A stretch of 52,859 bases of DNA from Chloroflexota bacterium (GCA_003156975.1 PMIE01000086.1:1416-54274), one strand, 5' to 3'; shown: positions 27,009-37,699, numbered from the stretch's first letter. The notes: generated from the letters alone by a model not told the origin. Numbers and translations are program-made.

Positions 27009-29306
27009 TCAGCTCGCGGACGGGCTGGCGCTCCTGGATGGAGATGTCGCGGGCGGGGCAGTTCCATTGAGTATCGCGACCAGCTGGGCATCGATGGCGG
27101 GACCCAGGGTGGCCGCGAATGTGGCGGTCAGGTGGTGCGCGTCGCGCCACACGATCATGTTGTTGATCACGGCGGGGCAGCTGCCCGTTCCAGGGCAGAT
27201 GGCATCGTTGAGGATGATCAGCCCGGCACCTGTAGCCTTTGCGGCCGTCCTCTCACGCGACCCCATCGACGATCCGAAACCGACAGAGCGCGCAAAGGAG
27301 CACTTCCTGTAGTCGGACAAGTGGGAAGAGAGGCAACTGGGCACATTGACGTTGGTGGGGAGGGGCGGATCCTGAATGATCACGACCTTCGTCTGAGCCG
27401 GGATCTTCTGGATCTGCCTGGTCAGGGCCGCTCCGTCCGCGGCCAGATTGTCGCGGGCTCCGTTGGCCGGGTAGATCCAACGGCTCATCGAGATGAGCAC
27501 CAGGTTCGGCGGGTTCTTCTGGAGTCTGCTGATGACGGTGTTGTTCCAGGTGGTGCATTCAGGGTAGAGGCGCCTCGGAGCCGGCACCGGAATGTCGAGT
27601 GCCATGTCCAGGAACGAGCAATCGATCTTGAGGTACGGGATCAGTTTCCAACCATGGGCCATGGCCACCGCATTTACTCCGGGGAACAGGGCCGAGGCGT
27701 GGGAGTCCCCGATCAGGGCAACGGTGTAGGTCCCGCTCGTCTTGCCGTAGACGCACTTGCTGCTTGGCGTGGTCGCCGAGGCGAACCCAAGGCAGTGACC
27801 GTTCCACGGCGCTTCATAATCCGTGGCGGCCTTGCCGAGTGTGGGTCGCAGCGCGTTGGTCACGGCAAACGACGTGGGCTGGCCCGGAGTCGGGGTCGGG
27901 GCAAGGGCCGTGGTCCACTGCGGAGTGGGAGTCGCCGCGGGAGTCGGGCTTGGCGTGTCGCCCGGGGCAAGCGTCACGGTTGGTGACGGAGTCGGCGTCA
28001 CAGGAATGTCCGTGGCCGCCGCGATTGGCGTTGGCGACGAATCATCGGAGCCATTCAGGTTCGCCAGCGCAGATTGCGCTCCAAAGTCGAGAGTGGTTCC
28101 GATGGCAGCGACGATCAGCATCACGGCGACTCCCGCCGCGACGACCCTGCTCGGCCGCGGAAGCGGGATGATGCCTCGTCGGAACGGCTCTTCGACCAGC
28201 AGCCAGCTCGCGGTAGCGACGGGAATGGCGAGAAGCGCGAGGACAATCGCCTGATTCTGCGAGAGCGGCTGCCAGGGCGACCCATTCAGGTACAGACCGC
28301 CGAGGATCAGAAGCGGCCAATGCCACAGGTACAAGGAGTAGCTGATCTTGCCGAGGAACCTGACCGGCGGCAGACGCAGCAGAACGCCGGGTCCGGTCCT
28401 CTGGGCGCCGGAAGCGATCAGAAGGACGCCGGCGACCGTCGGGACGAGTGCCGCCATGCCCGGGTAGAGGGTTGTTGTCGAATCGATGACGAAGGCCGCC
28501 GTGATGAGGCCCGCCAGGGCGCCCCAACCGGCGAAGGCGAGGACGTACCCAAAGGCGCCCCGGATGGCGCCCGGCAACCTGTCAAGCGAACCGGCGCCGA
28601 TCGCGAGCAACCCGCCCGCGGCCAGCTGCCAGGCGCGAGTCGGGAGCAGGTAGAAAGCCGTCGATGGCGAGGAGTTAGTGATGACCAGGCTGGCGATGAA
28701 CGACGCCACGGCGATGACCACCAAGGCCACGGTCGCGCCGGCGCGAGGGAACTTCCAGGCCACGATCGCGAGTACGGCGGGCCAGACGAAGTAGAACTGC
28801 TCCTCCACGCCGAGCGACCAGAAATGGAGGAAGGGCGAGAAGCTGACGGGATTGAAGTAGTCGATGGTCATCGCGAACCGGATGTTCGCGATCGACAGGG
28901 CCGCAGATGCCCCGTCCTCCATCACCGCCGACCGATCCACGAGGGTGACCAGCAGATAGGACAACGGGATCGTGATCAGCAGGACCACGGCGGCTGCAGG
29001 CAGGATGCGCCGGACGCGCCGGGCGTAGAACTTGGAGAAGCTGATCTTCCCGGTCCGTTCCCGTTCGCGGATCAAGAGGCCTGTAATGAGGAAGCCCGAA
29101 ACGACGAAGAACAGGTCGACGCCGATGAAGCCGCCGGTCAGCTGATGAGAGGCCTGGGACAGCAACCCGGCATGAAACAGCACGACGAGCGTGACGGCAA
29201 TGCCGCGGAGGCCCTCGATGTCCGGGCGGAAGCCCTCCTTCTCGCCCGCACCGCGCTTCGACTTCTGATGCGCGACGCCCGATATCGCCTTTTCCGTTCT
29301 TTGCAT
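27009..29306 (-). CDS. OafA-like acyltransferase-3 membrane domain fused to a C-terminal SGNH-type domain
   Basis: ORF track gives 27009..29420. The ATG at 29306 follows GGAAGGA. Features are RPDIEGLRGIAV..VVLFH, about 10 TM helices, a PT-rich linker, and a C-terminal GDSH... (IGDSHASALFPG) SGNH block. Confidence 0.8.
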   Translation of the reverse strand: MQRTEKAISGVAHQKSKRGAGEKEGFRPDIEGLRGIAVTLVVLFHAGLLSQASHQLTGGFIGVDLFFVVSGFLITGLLIRERERTGKISFSKFYARRVRRILPAAAVVLLITIPLSYLLVTLVDRSAVMEDGASAALSIANIRFAMTIDYFNPVSFSPFLHFWSLGVEEQFYFVWPAVLAIVAWKFPRAGATVALVVIAVASFIASLVITNSSPSTAFYLLPTRAWQLAAGGLLAIGAGSLDRLPGAIRGAFGYVLAFAGWGALAGLITAAFVIDSTTTLYPGMAALVPTVAGVLLIASGAQRTGPGVLLRLPPVRFLGKISYSLYLWHWPLLILGGLYLNGSPWQPLSQNQAIVLALLAIPVATASWLLVEEPFRRGIIPLPRPSRVVAAGVAVMLIVAAIGTTLDFGAQSALANLNGSDDSSPTPIAAATDIPVTPTPSPTVTLAPGDTPSPTPAATPTPQWTTALAPTPTPGQPTSFAVTNALRPTLGKAATDYEAPWNGHCLGFASATTPSSKCVYGKTSGTYTVALIGDSHASALFPGVNAVAMAHGWKLIPYLKIDCSFLDMALDIPVPAPRRLYPECTTWNNTVISRLQKNPPNLVLISMSRWIYPANGARDNLAADGAALTRQIQKIPAQTKVVIIQDPPLPTNVNVPSCLSSHLSDYRKCSFARSVGFGSSMGSRERTAAKATGAGLIILNDAICPGTGSCPAVINNMIVWRDAHHLTATFAATLGPAIDAQLVAILNGTAPPATSPSRSASPSAS

Positions 29307-29464
29307 CCAACGTCCTTCCGGTGTCGCCGTGGCCCGGGTGCGACGGAACGGACCGGCTTCCGGTGACGGACCCCTCGCCGGGGCCCGGCCCGCGATCCTT
29401 TGCCAGGCGGGGCCGCGCATAGGTTACGCGATCAAGGGGTGTTTGGGGTCGAGTCCGGGCCGCG

Positions 29465-32400
29465 CTACTCCGGACGCCCTTGCGCGGCGGCGGCCCGCTC
29501 GCGCTGCAGACGCTGCTCCTCTGCCGCCGGGAGCAGACGCGCGACCACCGTCTGGGCCACACTCCAGGAACGCGCCGCATCTCGTGGCAGTCGGATACGA
29601 GCCTGATTCGAGCCGAAACGGACGACGTCGCGGCCCATGGAGGCGAGAGCGCGCATTGCCGCCGCTCTCGACAGCGTGCCGAGCCGGACCACGAGATCTC
29701 CTTCCTCCCGCGAAATCGATGCGATGCCGGCGGTCTCGGCGGCCATTCGCAACTCCACGACTTCGAGCAGCCGAAGAACGGGCTGCGGCAGCGGCCCGAA
29801 CCGGTCCACGAGTTCCTGTCGGAACGAGGCCAGCTCGCCGGCGGTCCGGACACGCCCGAGGCGCCGGTACAGTTCCAGCTTCTGCGAGGTCTCCGGCACG
29901 TACTCATCCGGAAGGTGGGCGTCGACCGGCAAATCGACCGTCGCGCCCGGCCGTTCGATCTCGGCCGGGCGGCCTTCGAACTCGGCCTTCTGCTCTTCGA
30001 CCGCTTCGGCCAGGAGGCGCGTGTACAGGTCGAAGCCGACGGCGGCGACATGGCCGTGCTGCTCGGCCCCGAGGATGTTGCCGGCGCCGCGGATCTCGAG
30101 GTCGGACAGGGCGATCTGGAAGCCGGCGCCCAGCTCCGAGGCGTTGAAAATGGCCTGCAGCCGCTTACGGGCCACATCCGACAGCTTCTCGCGACGTCGA
30201 TAGAGCAGATACGCATAGGCGCGGCGCGACGACCGGCCGACTCGGCCGCGAAGCTGATAGAGCTGGGCCAGACCGAGGGTGTCGGCGCGATCGATGACGA
30301 TCGTGTTGGCATTCGGGATGTCCAGGCCGGACTCGATGATCGTGGTGCAGACCAGAACCTCGGTCTCGCCGTCGGCGAACCCGATCATCACCTTCTCGAG
30401 GCTGCCCTCCGGCATCTGGCCGTGGCCGACCGCAATTCGAGTTCCGGGCAAAAGCTGGCGGAGCTGTTCGGCCTGGGCCTCGATGGTCTCGACGCGGTTG
30501 TGGACGAAGAAGACCTGACCGCCGCGGTCCAGTTCGCGCAGGATGGCGTCGCGGACGAGCCCGGTTGAAGCTTCCGCGACACGTGTCTGGATCGGCAGGC
30601 GGTCCTCCGGCGGCGTCTCGATCAGCGACAGGTCGCGGACGCCGGCGAGAGCCAGATTGAGGGTGCGCGGGATCGGCGTGGCGGAGAGAGTCAGGACATC
30701 CACTTCGCGGCGCAGCTTCTTGAGCCGCTCCTTTGCCGCCACGCCGAAGCGCTGCTCCTCATCCACCACGACCATCCCCAGGTCGCGAAACCGGACATCC
30801 TTGCTGAGCAGGCGATGCGTCCCGATGACGAGATCCACGGAACCGGCCGCAAGACCGGCGATCGTCGAATCCTGCTCCTTGGCCGGAACGTAGCGCGACA
30901 GCAGCCGGACCGTGACCGGATACGCAGCAAATCGCTGGCTGAAGGTGGAAAAGTGCTGGGCCGCGAGCACGGTCGTGGGAACGAGCACGGCTACCTGCTT
31001 GCCGCCCTGGATAGCCTTGAAGATGCCGCGCAGCGCCACCTCCGTCTTGCCGTAGCCGACGTCACCGACGACGAGCCGGTCCATCGGCCGGCCGGCCTCC
31101 ATGTCGAGCTTGACCTCGGCCACGGCTCGAAGCTGGTCGAGCGTCTCCTCATACGGGAAAGACATTTCGAGTTCCTGCTGCCAGGGCGTATCGGCCGGGT
31201 AGGCGAAGCCGGGCGCGGAGGCGCGAGCGGCGTAGATCTCGAGCAGCTCTTTGGCGAGGTCCGTGACGGCCCGCTTGACCCGCTGCTTGGTCCGAAGCCA
31301 CTCCGCGCCGCCGAGCTTCGACAGGGCCGGGTTCTCCCCGCCCGAGTAGCGGCTGATGCGGTTGATCTGTTCGACCGGAAGGAAGATCTTGTCCGTGCCG
31401 GAGAAACTCAACTCGAGGTAGTCGCGCTCGTCGCCGGCGGCGCCGCGGCGAAGCATCCGCTCGTATCGGGCGATGCCGTGGTCGACGTGGACGACGAGGT
31501 CGCCCTGGGTCAGCCGCTCCAGCACGTCCCGCGGGACGACGCGTCGGAGTGCCTTGGGGCGCCGGACTCGGACGGAACCGAATAGCTCGCGGTCCGTCAC
31601 GAGAGTCAGACCATCCGGACCTTCGGAGAAACCGCCGTTGAGGCTTCGCCCGATGAGGGTGCGAGTGCCCGGCGGCGGCGCGTCCACGATCCGCTCCACG
31701 ACGGCGGTCGGCAGACCCTGCTCGTTCAGCAGATCCGCCAGCCGAGGCGCCTGATCCGAAGCAAGCACCACGCGACTGCCTTCGGCGGCCCAGGCTTTTA
31801 CGGTCTCGGCCAGCCGCCCCGTACGGGCCGGCGGCAACGAGGGCTCACGCCAGCCGAACAGATCGCCCATCGGCGTCCCGCCGCCGGTCGGTGCTGCCGC
31901 CTCCGACTCCCAGGTGAGTTCCAGCGTGCGGCCCCGCAAGAGCCTGGACTTCCAATCACGGGGACTCAGGTAGGCCTCGGGCCACTGCGCGGGAAGGTCG
32001 CCGGCGGCGGCCAGTTCGTCACGGCGCTCCTGCGCCTGGCGCCACAGGAAATCGGCCGAATCTGCGATGTCGCCGGGTTCGTCCAGTACCAGGAGCGTTC
32101 CGGCCGGAATGTGGTCCAGGCCGGTGGATGGGCACAGGACGGCCGCCCAGATCTCGGCAGCATCGCCGGTCTCGAGAACGCGCGCCGCCGCACCGAGATC
32201 GTGGGTGTGGCCGGAGTGAGCGCCGAGTTCGCCGGTGCCGGCGTGGACTCCCTCCTCGAAGCGGGCCAGGTCCGCGACGAGCCGCTCGGGCAATTTGGCC
32301 CGGCCTGGGAGACGGGAGACATGGGCTCGGATCTCGGCCACTCCGCCGGGGGGGACGAGGAACTCACTGGCGGGGAGCAGGACCACTTCATCCACCGGGC

Positions 32401-33469
32401 GGAGGCTGCGCTGATCCGTTGGGTCGAAGACGCGCATCGAGTCGATCTCGTCGCCGAACAACTCGATGCGGATTGGCAGGGGGGCGGCAGAAGGAAAGAC
32501 GTCCACGAGTCCGCCGCGCCGGGCAAACTCGCCGCGACCGGCAACTTCCAGCACCGGTTCGTAGCCGAGGGCGAGGAGCTCGTGGAGCAGCTGGTCCTGG
32601 TGGATTCGGGCGCCCATGCGAAGCCGGCGTGGCTCGGCGGGCAGCTCCTCTGGGTCCAGGGTGTGCTGTAGAAGCGCCTGGACACTCGCCACGAGAACGC
32701 GGGCACTACCGGACCGCCATGCGGCCAAAGCGGCGACGCGGGCCGCGGTCTCGTCCCTGACCAGCTCGCTGCGCTCGTAGGCCAGGGCGGTCCGGGGCTC
32801 GAGGACTGCGACCGCCTCGGGGTCGCCGAGCCACGCCTGCAGCTCCTCGGCGACACGGTCGCCTATCTCGGCATCGCGAGCTATCCAGACGAGCCGCTCC
32901 CCCATGACGGCCGGAGCGACGGGGCGAGCGACGGCACCGGCCGCGTCCACTGCCGGTGCATCGCCGATTGCCAGGGCCGCTGCCAGGTATGACTTGGCTC
33001 CGTGCGGGACCGCGGCAAGAGCCGCGTGCCTCCCTCCGGCAGGGAGTGGCCCGCCTTCCGCCCCGAGCCAAGACCGCAACGACCCGAAGGCGCCACTGGC
33101 GTGAAGCAGCCTCGGCAGCACATGCAGATCCGGTAGCTTGCGGGCCGTGGATCCCGATCCGGTACCGGCGGCAGCGGCCGCGCTGCTTGCGGCCGCGCGG
33201 GCCGTTTGAGCGGCCTGGTAGGCGGCCTTGATCTCCTCGTCGACGTGGCGTTCCTTACCCCGCCGGCCGCGCAATTCCGGCGCGGCAGGCGGATTGCCGC
33301 GCCGGATCGGTGCCTCGCCCGGCTCGCCGTCAACCGCGAACTCCCCGTCGCCGTCTGCATCTTCCGGTTTGTCGGGCCGCCCCAACCCGTCTTCGCCCAG
33401 CGGGTCGGCATCTCCACTCAGGGCCGCTTCGATCTGGCGACGCAGAGAGCGGCCTCCGCGAACGTTCAC
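29465..33469 (-). CDS. mfd: transcription-repair coupling factor
   Basis: Features are the Walker A GDVGYGKTEVA, the DEEQ box VVDEEQRFG, the helicase C region and the TRCF C-terminus. The GTG start overlaps the pth stop as GTGA. About 110 aa at the N-terminus are a low-complexity extension. Confidence 0.95.
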   Translation of the reverse strand: MNVRGGRSLRRQIEAALSGDADPLGEDGLGRPDKPEDADGDGEFAVDGEPGEAPIRRGNPPAAPELRGRRGKERHVDEEIKAAYQAAQTARAAASSAAAAAGTGSGSTARKLPDLHVLPRLLHASGAFGSLRSWLGAEGGPLPAGGRHAALAAVPHGAKSYLAAALAIGDAPAVDAAGAVARPVAPAVMGERLVWIARDAEIGDRVAEELQAWLGDPEAVAVLEPRTALAYERSELVRDETAARVAALAAWRSGSARVLVASVQALLQHTLDPEELPAEPRRLRMGARIHQDQLLHELLALGYEPVLEVAGRGEFARRGGLVDVFPSAAPLPIRIELFGDEIDSMRVFDPTDQRSLRPVDEVVLLPASEFLVPPGGVAEIRAHVSRLPGRAKLPERLVADLARFEEGVHAGTGELGAHSGHTHDLGAAARVLETGDAAEIWAAVLCPSTGLDHIPAGTLLVLDEPGDIADSADFLWRQAQERRDELAAAGDLPAQWPEAYLSPRDWKSRLLRGRTLELTWESEAAAPTGGGTPMGDLFGWREPSLPPARTGRLAETVKAWAAEGSRVVLASDQAPRLADLLNEQGLPTAVVERIVDAPPPGTRTLIGRSLNGGFSEGPDGLTLVTDRELFGSVRVRRPKALRRVVPRDVLERLTQGDLVVHVDHGIARYERMLRRGAAGDERDYLELSFSGTDKIFLPVEQINRISRYSGGENPALSKLGGAEWLRTKQRVKRAVTDLAKELLEIYAARASAPGFAYPADTPWQQELEMSFPYEETLDQLRAVAEVKLDMEAGRPMDRLVVGDVGYGKTEVALRGIFKAIQGGKQVAVLVPTTVLAAQHFSTFSQRFAAYPVTVRLLSRYVPAKEQDSTIAGLAAGSVDLVIGTHRLLSKDVRFRDLGMVVVDEEQRFGVAAKERLKKLRREVDVLTLSATPIPRTLNLALAGVRDLSLIETPPEDRLPIQTRVAEASTGLVRDAILRELDRGGQVFFVHNRVETIEAQAEQLRQLLPGTRIAVGHGQMPEGSLEKVMIGFADGETEVLVCTTIIESGLDIPNANTIVIDRADTLGLAQLYQLRGRVGRSSRRAYAYLLYRRREKLSDVARKRLQAIFNASELGAGFQIALSDLEIRGAGNILGAEQHGHVAAVGFDLYTRLLAEAVEEQKAEFEGRPAEIERPGATVDLPVDAHLPDEYVPETSQKLELYRRLGRVRTAGELASFRQELVDRFGPLPQPVLRLLEVVELRMAAETAGIASISREEGDLVVRLGTLSRAAAMRALASMGRDVVRFGSNQARIRLPRDAARSWSVAQTVVARLLPAAEEQRLQRERAAAAQGRPE

Positions 33470-34152
33470 TCGCCGCCTTCCGGTGGCTTGGACTTGCGCC
33501 AGCCCGTCCTGGTGCGCCGAATCCCATCGGACCCGGGCGGGCCATCGATGGCACCCGGAGGCGCCGACCGATCGTCATCGGCGGGACGCAGCTCGAAGGC
33601 GTTGAAATGGTTCGCGGCCTTGTTCGTGCCGTCGCGAGCCCACGCTTCGACGGCGTCGGCGGCGGCGTCCAGCAACTCCGAGAGCCGGGTCTTCTCGCCT
33701 CTGGCGAACTGGCTCAGGACGTGATCGATCGCGTCGCGACCAGGTTCCCCTATCCCAACCCGAAGCCGGCTGAACTGCTCGTTGCCCAGCTCCTCGATGA
33801 TAGAGCGCAGGCCGTTGTGACCGCCGGCACTACCGCCCTCGCGGAACCGAAGCTTGCCGAAGGGCAGGGCGAAGTCGTCGCACACGACCAGCATCTCGAC
33901 CAGTGGAGCGTGCTCGCGGGCCAGCACCTTGCGCACCGCCAGCCCCGACTCGTTCATGAACGTCAGCGGCTTGACCAGAACCAGGTCCAGGCCACGGAAT
34001 CGGCCCTGGACAATGGCGGATGCGTCGCGCGTCCGGCCCTTCCCGTTCCAGCCGGCACGATCGGCCAGCCGATCGAGGACCATCCAACCAATGTTGTGGC
34101 GCGTCTTCTCGTACTGAGCGCCGGGATTGCCAAGGCCAACGACGATCTTCAC
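33466..34152 (-). CDS. pth: peptidyl-tRNA hydrolase
   Basis: The sequence opens MKIVVGLGNPG..Y..TRHNIGW and contains GGHNGL. A C-terminal extension of about 35 aa is present. Confidence 0.9.
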   Translation of the reverse strand: MKIVVGLGNPGAQYEKTRHNIGWMVLDRLADRAGWNGKGRTRDASAIVQGRFRGLDLVLVKPLTFMNESGLAVRKVLAREHAPLVEMLVVCDDFALPFGKLRFREGGSAGGHNGLRSIIEELGNEQFSRLRVGIGEPGRDAIDHVLSQFARGEKTRLSELLDAAADAVEAWARDGTNKAANHFNAFELRPADDDRSAPPGAIDGPPGSDGIRRTRTGWRKSKPPEGGE

Positions 34153-34331
34153 GGCTGCTCCGATGGTCCGCCGCGCTCACGCGCGACACGCAAAACTAGC
34201 CCTTGTCGGACTCCCGAGGGCCTGCACGGATGGTATCAGGCGCCGGCTAGATGGCCTTTCGGGTGCGGGCGCGCATCGCATAAGCGTTTCACCGATTGAC
34301 CGCCGCGGCCCAATGCCCGATCCTGGCGGCC

Positions 34332-34712
34332 ATGAGTACAACAAGCCCTTCGAAGCTCACGGCCCACATGGTGTCCGTCTGGCGAGACGACTCACTGGCA
34401 GGAGTGGCACTCGCGGAACGCGACGACTCCTACGGCTGGAACCTCGTCTTCGAGCGGGCGCTGGCCTTCACCGATGCGGATCGCAAGGCCGGCCAGGACA
34501 CGTACTGCATCACCAACGAAGCTGGCGTGGCGGTCTACGGCGGTGTGACCAGGTGGTCCATCGCCGGCAAGGATCTCACGCTCTCTCTGGACGACAAGAC
34601 CTCCGGAGATCTGGGTCTGGCGCAGCAGCTGACCATCGAGCTGGCCTTCGCGACGGCCTCGGTCACAGGACTCGACACTGCACTGGCAGAGATCCTCGCC
34701 CCAACGCGGTAG
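34332..34712 (+). CDS. hypothetical small protein
   Basis: ORF track gives 34296..34712, starting at a TTG. An ATG lies at 34332. GC3 is high. I recognise no motif with confidence. Confidence 0.45.
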   Translation: MSTTSPSKLTAHMVSVWRDDSLAGVALAERDDSYGWNLVFERALAFTDADRKAGQDTYCITNEAGVAVYGGVTRWSIAGKDLTLSLDDKTSGDLGLAQQLTIELAFATASVTGLDTALAEILAPTR

Positions 34713-34778
34713 CGCAGGCAGTCTCGGCAGTCCGAGAATCGCGCCGCCCTCGATGCAAGGCCCAACCCGAGATCGAGC

Positions 34779-35420
34779 CTATACGGTGTGTGTGCCGTCG
34801 CGGCCTTCGCCGTGCCCCAGCCCCGCGAGAACGTGCCGCTCCATCGCCCTCATCCCGGCTTCCTCCACGGGTTCGGCGTGATCCCAGCCACAGATGTGCA
34901 ATGTGCCGTGAACCGCAAGGAGTAGCAGTTCGTCCACGGCGCTCCATCGCACGTCTCCCGTCTGCCCGCCGCGACCTTCTTCGGCCTGGGCCACCGCCCG
35001 CTCGACGGAGACGATGATGTCGCCCAGATGGGCCCGCAGGCCGGGCGGGAGGGCGAATGCCTGCCTGAGAGCCGCAGCCACCCACGGGTCGCGCTGGAGA
35101 ACTACGCCTCGCTCATGAGCCGGGAATGCTTCGGGCGGGAAGAACGGGAACGAAAGGACGTCCGTGGCGCCGGACGATCCCATATGCATCGCGTTCAGCT
35201 GGGCGAGTTCGCTGTCGGCCGACAGAACCACACCAATCGAGGCCGGGCCGGGAGCTCCGGCGATCTCGAGGGTTGCCCGGACGGCCGCAGCGACTCGATT
35301 CCGCGAGGCGACGTGGGACACGCCCGGCCGGATTGTCACGTCGATCCGGAAAGGCGGCAGATAGATGGAGGAGCTGGCTCCCTCGCCGGCATCGGCCGGA
35401 GTCCCGGCATTGCCGACCAT
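34779..35420 (-). CDS. ybeY: rRNA maturation endoribonuclease YbeY
   Basis: The zinc motif is HGTLHICGWDH, and TDVLSFPF lies upstream of it. The ORF track starts at 35678, inside the upstream gene. The ATG at 35420 follows GGAGG. Confidence 0.85.
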   Translation of the reverse strand: MVGNAGTPADAGEGASSSIYLPPFRIDVTIRPGVSHVASRNRVAAAVRATLEIAGAPGPASIGVVLSADSELAQLNAMHMGSSGATDVLSFPFFPPEAFPAHERGVVLQRDPWVAAALRQAFALPPGLRAHLGDIIVSVERAVAQAEEGRGGQTGDVRWSAVDELLLLAVHGTLHICGWDHAEPVEEAGMRAMERHVLAGLGHGEGRDGTHTV

Positions 35421-35536
35421 CGGCGCCTCCGCCGAATCGCCGGTCAGATCCACGCGCTCATCGGCACGGGTCATGTGTTGGCGCTCTGCCGAGGCAGGCT
35501 GTCCTCGTGTTCCGCCATCTCCGAGTGCCTCCTCTG

Positions 35537-37699
35537 CTAGCGCTGACCTTTTTCGCGCCGCGACTCGAGCTCGACCACCTTGTTCTGCGGATATGCGATC
35601 CGCTGGTGATACATGCCCAAGAGCTGCCCGACGAATGCTTCGTGGATCTTCTCGAGATCGCGAATGGTGAGGTCGCACTCGCTCAGCTGACCGTCGCCCA
35701 ATCGCTCCTGAATGATCTGGCTGACCATGGCTCGTATTGTGGCCTCATCGCGACTCGAGAGTGAGCGCACCGAAGCCTCAACGCCGTCTGCCAGCATAAG
35801 GATCGCAGCCTCGCGCGATTGCGGCTTGGGGCCGCTGTGGCGGAAGCGTCGCTGATCGACCGAGTCGGCGGCGGCCCGACCGGCGGCGGTCTTCTCGCCG
35901 CCGAACGGCCGTGCCGCATCTTCGCGGGCCTTGCCGTATACGTAGCCGAGGATCGCCGTGCCGTGGTGCTGAGGGATGAACGCGATCAGCGGCTTGGGCA
36001 ATCGAGCCCTGTTCGCCAGATCCACACCATCGCTGACGTGCTGGCGCAGGATCGTCGCCGAGTCCTTGGGGTCGAGCTGATCGTGAAGGTTGTCGCCGCT
36101 AGCCTGGTTCTCGATGAAGGCGATCGGGTTGGCGAGCTTGCCAATGTCGTGATAGTAGGCTGCGGCACGGACCAGGAGTGGATCCGCCCCGATTGCCGAC
36201 GCGGCCCGCTCGCCCAGGTTGCCGACCATTAGTGAATGGTGGTACGTGCCGGGAGTCTCGGTGAGCAGGCGGCGGAGGAGCGGCTGGGACGGATTGGCGA
36301 GTTCGAGCAGCTGTGAGCCGGTGAGGATCCCAAACAGGTTTCCCAACAGCGAGAAGCTGCCGAGCGTGACCACCGTGGCAATCAGGGCTCCGGCCGCGGC
36401 GGCCGCAGCCAGCTGAAGCATGCCCGTCATGTCGTGCTGGCCCAGCATGGCGAAAACGCCGATCACGGAGATGCCGGTGACCGCCACGGCCAGTCCCGCT
36501 TCGACAAAGAAATGCTGCCGCTCGCCCTTGCGGACGGCCAGAATCCCCGCGAAGCCACCCAGGAAGACATACGCGGTCATCTCGACCGACGAACCGCTCA
36601 CGGGGCCCGCAAGGACCGCCAGCAAGGCGATCGTGACGATACCCACGTCCGAGTCGAGCAAGAGGGTCAGGAGCATGCCGGCGGCGGCGGTTGGCATCAC
36701 ATATGGCAGCCAGGCTCGGCCACCGGGCAGCTTCACTGCTAGAACCGCCAGCACGAAGATCATCCCGATCAAGATCAGCGTTCGGCTGCGAGCCCAGTAC
36801 TCAGGCCGGAACCGCCACAGCCAGCCCAGCAGAAGACCGGCGACGACGGCGCCGAGCAACATCCACGCCCCCGACTTGCCCCAATCGACACCCGATTTGT
36901 CGAGACCGAAGTAGCGGATCTGGACCATGTCCGATTCGGAGATGACGTGGCCCTGATCGACGAGCACCTGGCCGGCCCTCAGCGTGTCCTTGCGGTTGTT
37001 GGCCGGGTCCGCGGCGGCCTGGTCCCGCGCCTGTTGAGTCAGCGCGGCGCTGTAGACGGAATTCGTCACGAACATCGGGGCAGCGATGGCTGCCACGAGA
37101 TGTTGCTCCGTCGAACTGAGGCCGGTGGGCATGTTTTCGCCGGCAAGAGTGGACTGCTTCCTTGCCAGGTCCGCATCTCGTATCTCGAGCGCCTCGCCCG
37201 CACCGAGCACGGTCATGGCTGCCGCCTCAACAGCAGTCCAGCGCGCCGGTTCGAGGCCCAGAAGAGTGGTCCGGTCCCCAAACGGCAGGAAGGGCAGGGC
37301 CGTGGGGAGGGCGGTCTGCAGGGCTGTCTGCCTGGCCGCCGCGGAATTGGATGCTGCGAACGCGACGTCAAGAGGCCGCAACGCGCTCTGCAATGTGGCC
37401 ACCTGCGTTGCCGCGATCGAGGATGCCTTGTCCGGCGTGTAGTCGTACCGCTCCGTGACCAGGGCCGCGGCAGCATCCTGGGCTGCCTTGGTCTCAACCG
37501 GATTGGCGATCGTGGCGTCTCGCGGAGCCTTGATTGCCGAGCCTGCGACCGCGCCCGCCGCGTAGCCGGGGCTCGTCGGCGTCAGGTCGCCGGCAGTGCC
37601 GGCGGCGAGAGCGACGATGATTGGGACGGCTGCGAGAATCAGTCTGACGACGTCCCTGCGGCCGAACGAACCGGGACGTTCGTGCGGCTCCCTCATCAC
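35537..37699 (-). CDS. 7TM-receptor / HD-domain phosphohydrolase (PgpH/YqfF-like)
   Basis: Features are an N-terminal extracellular region, seven clustered TM helices, and the HD/HDIG motifs HSLMVGNL and AAYYHDIGK. Its position between yqeY and ybeY is typical for this family. Confidence 0.8.
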   Translation of the reverse strand: MMREPHERPGSFGRRDVVRLILAAVPIIVALAAGTAGDLTPTSPGYAAGAVAGSAIKAPRDATIANPVETKAAQDAAAALVTERYDYTPDKASSIAATQVATLQSALRPLDVAFAASNSAAARQTALQTALPTALPFLPFGDRTTLLGLEPARWTAVEAAAMTVLGAGEALEIRDADLARKQSTLAGENMPTGLSSTEQHLVAAIAAPMFVTNSVYSAALTQQARDQAAADPANNRKDTLRAGQVLVDQGHVISESDMVQIRYFGLDKSGVDWGKSGAWMLLGAVVAGLLLGWLWRFRPEYWARSRTLILIGMIFVLAVLAVKLPGGRAWLPYVMPTAAAGMLLTLLLDSDVGIVTIALLAVLAGPVSGSSVEMTAYVFLGGFAGILAVRKGERQHFFVEAGLAVAVTGISVIGVFAMLGQHDMTGMLQLAAAAAAGALIATVVTLGSFSLLGNLFGILTGSQLLELANPSQPLLRRLLTETPGTYHHSLMVGNLGERAASAIGADPLLVRAAAYYHDIGKLANPIAFIENQASGDNLHDQLDPKDSATILRQHVSDGVDLANRARLPKPLIAFIPQHHGTAILGYVYGKAREDAARPFGGEKTAAGRAAADSVDQRRFRHSGPKPQSREAAILMLADGVEASVRSLSSRDEATIRAMVSQIIQERLGDGQLSECDLTIRDLEKIHEAFVGQLLGMYHQRIAYPQNKVVELESRREKGQR

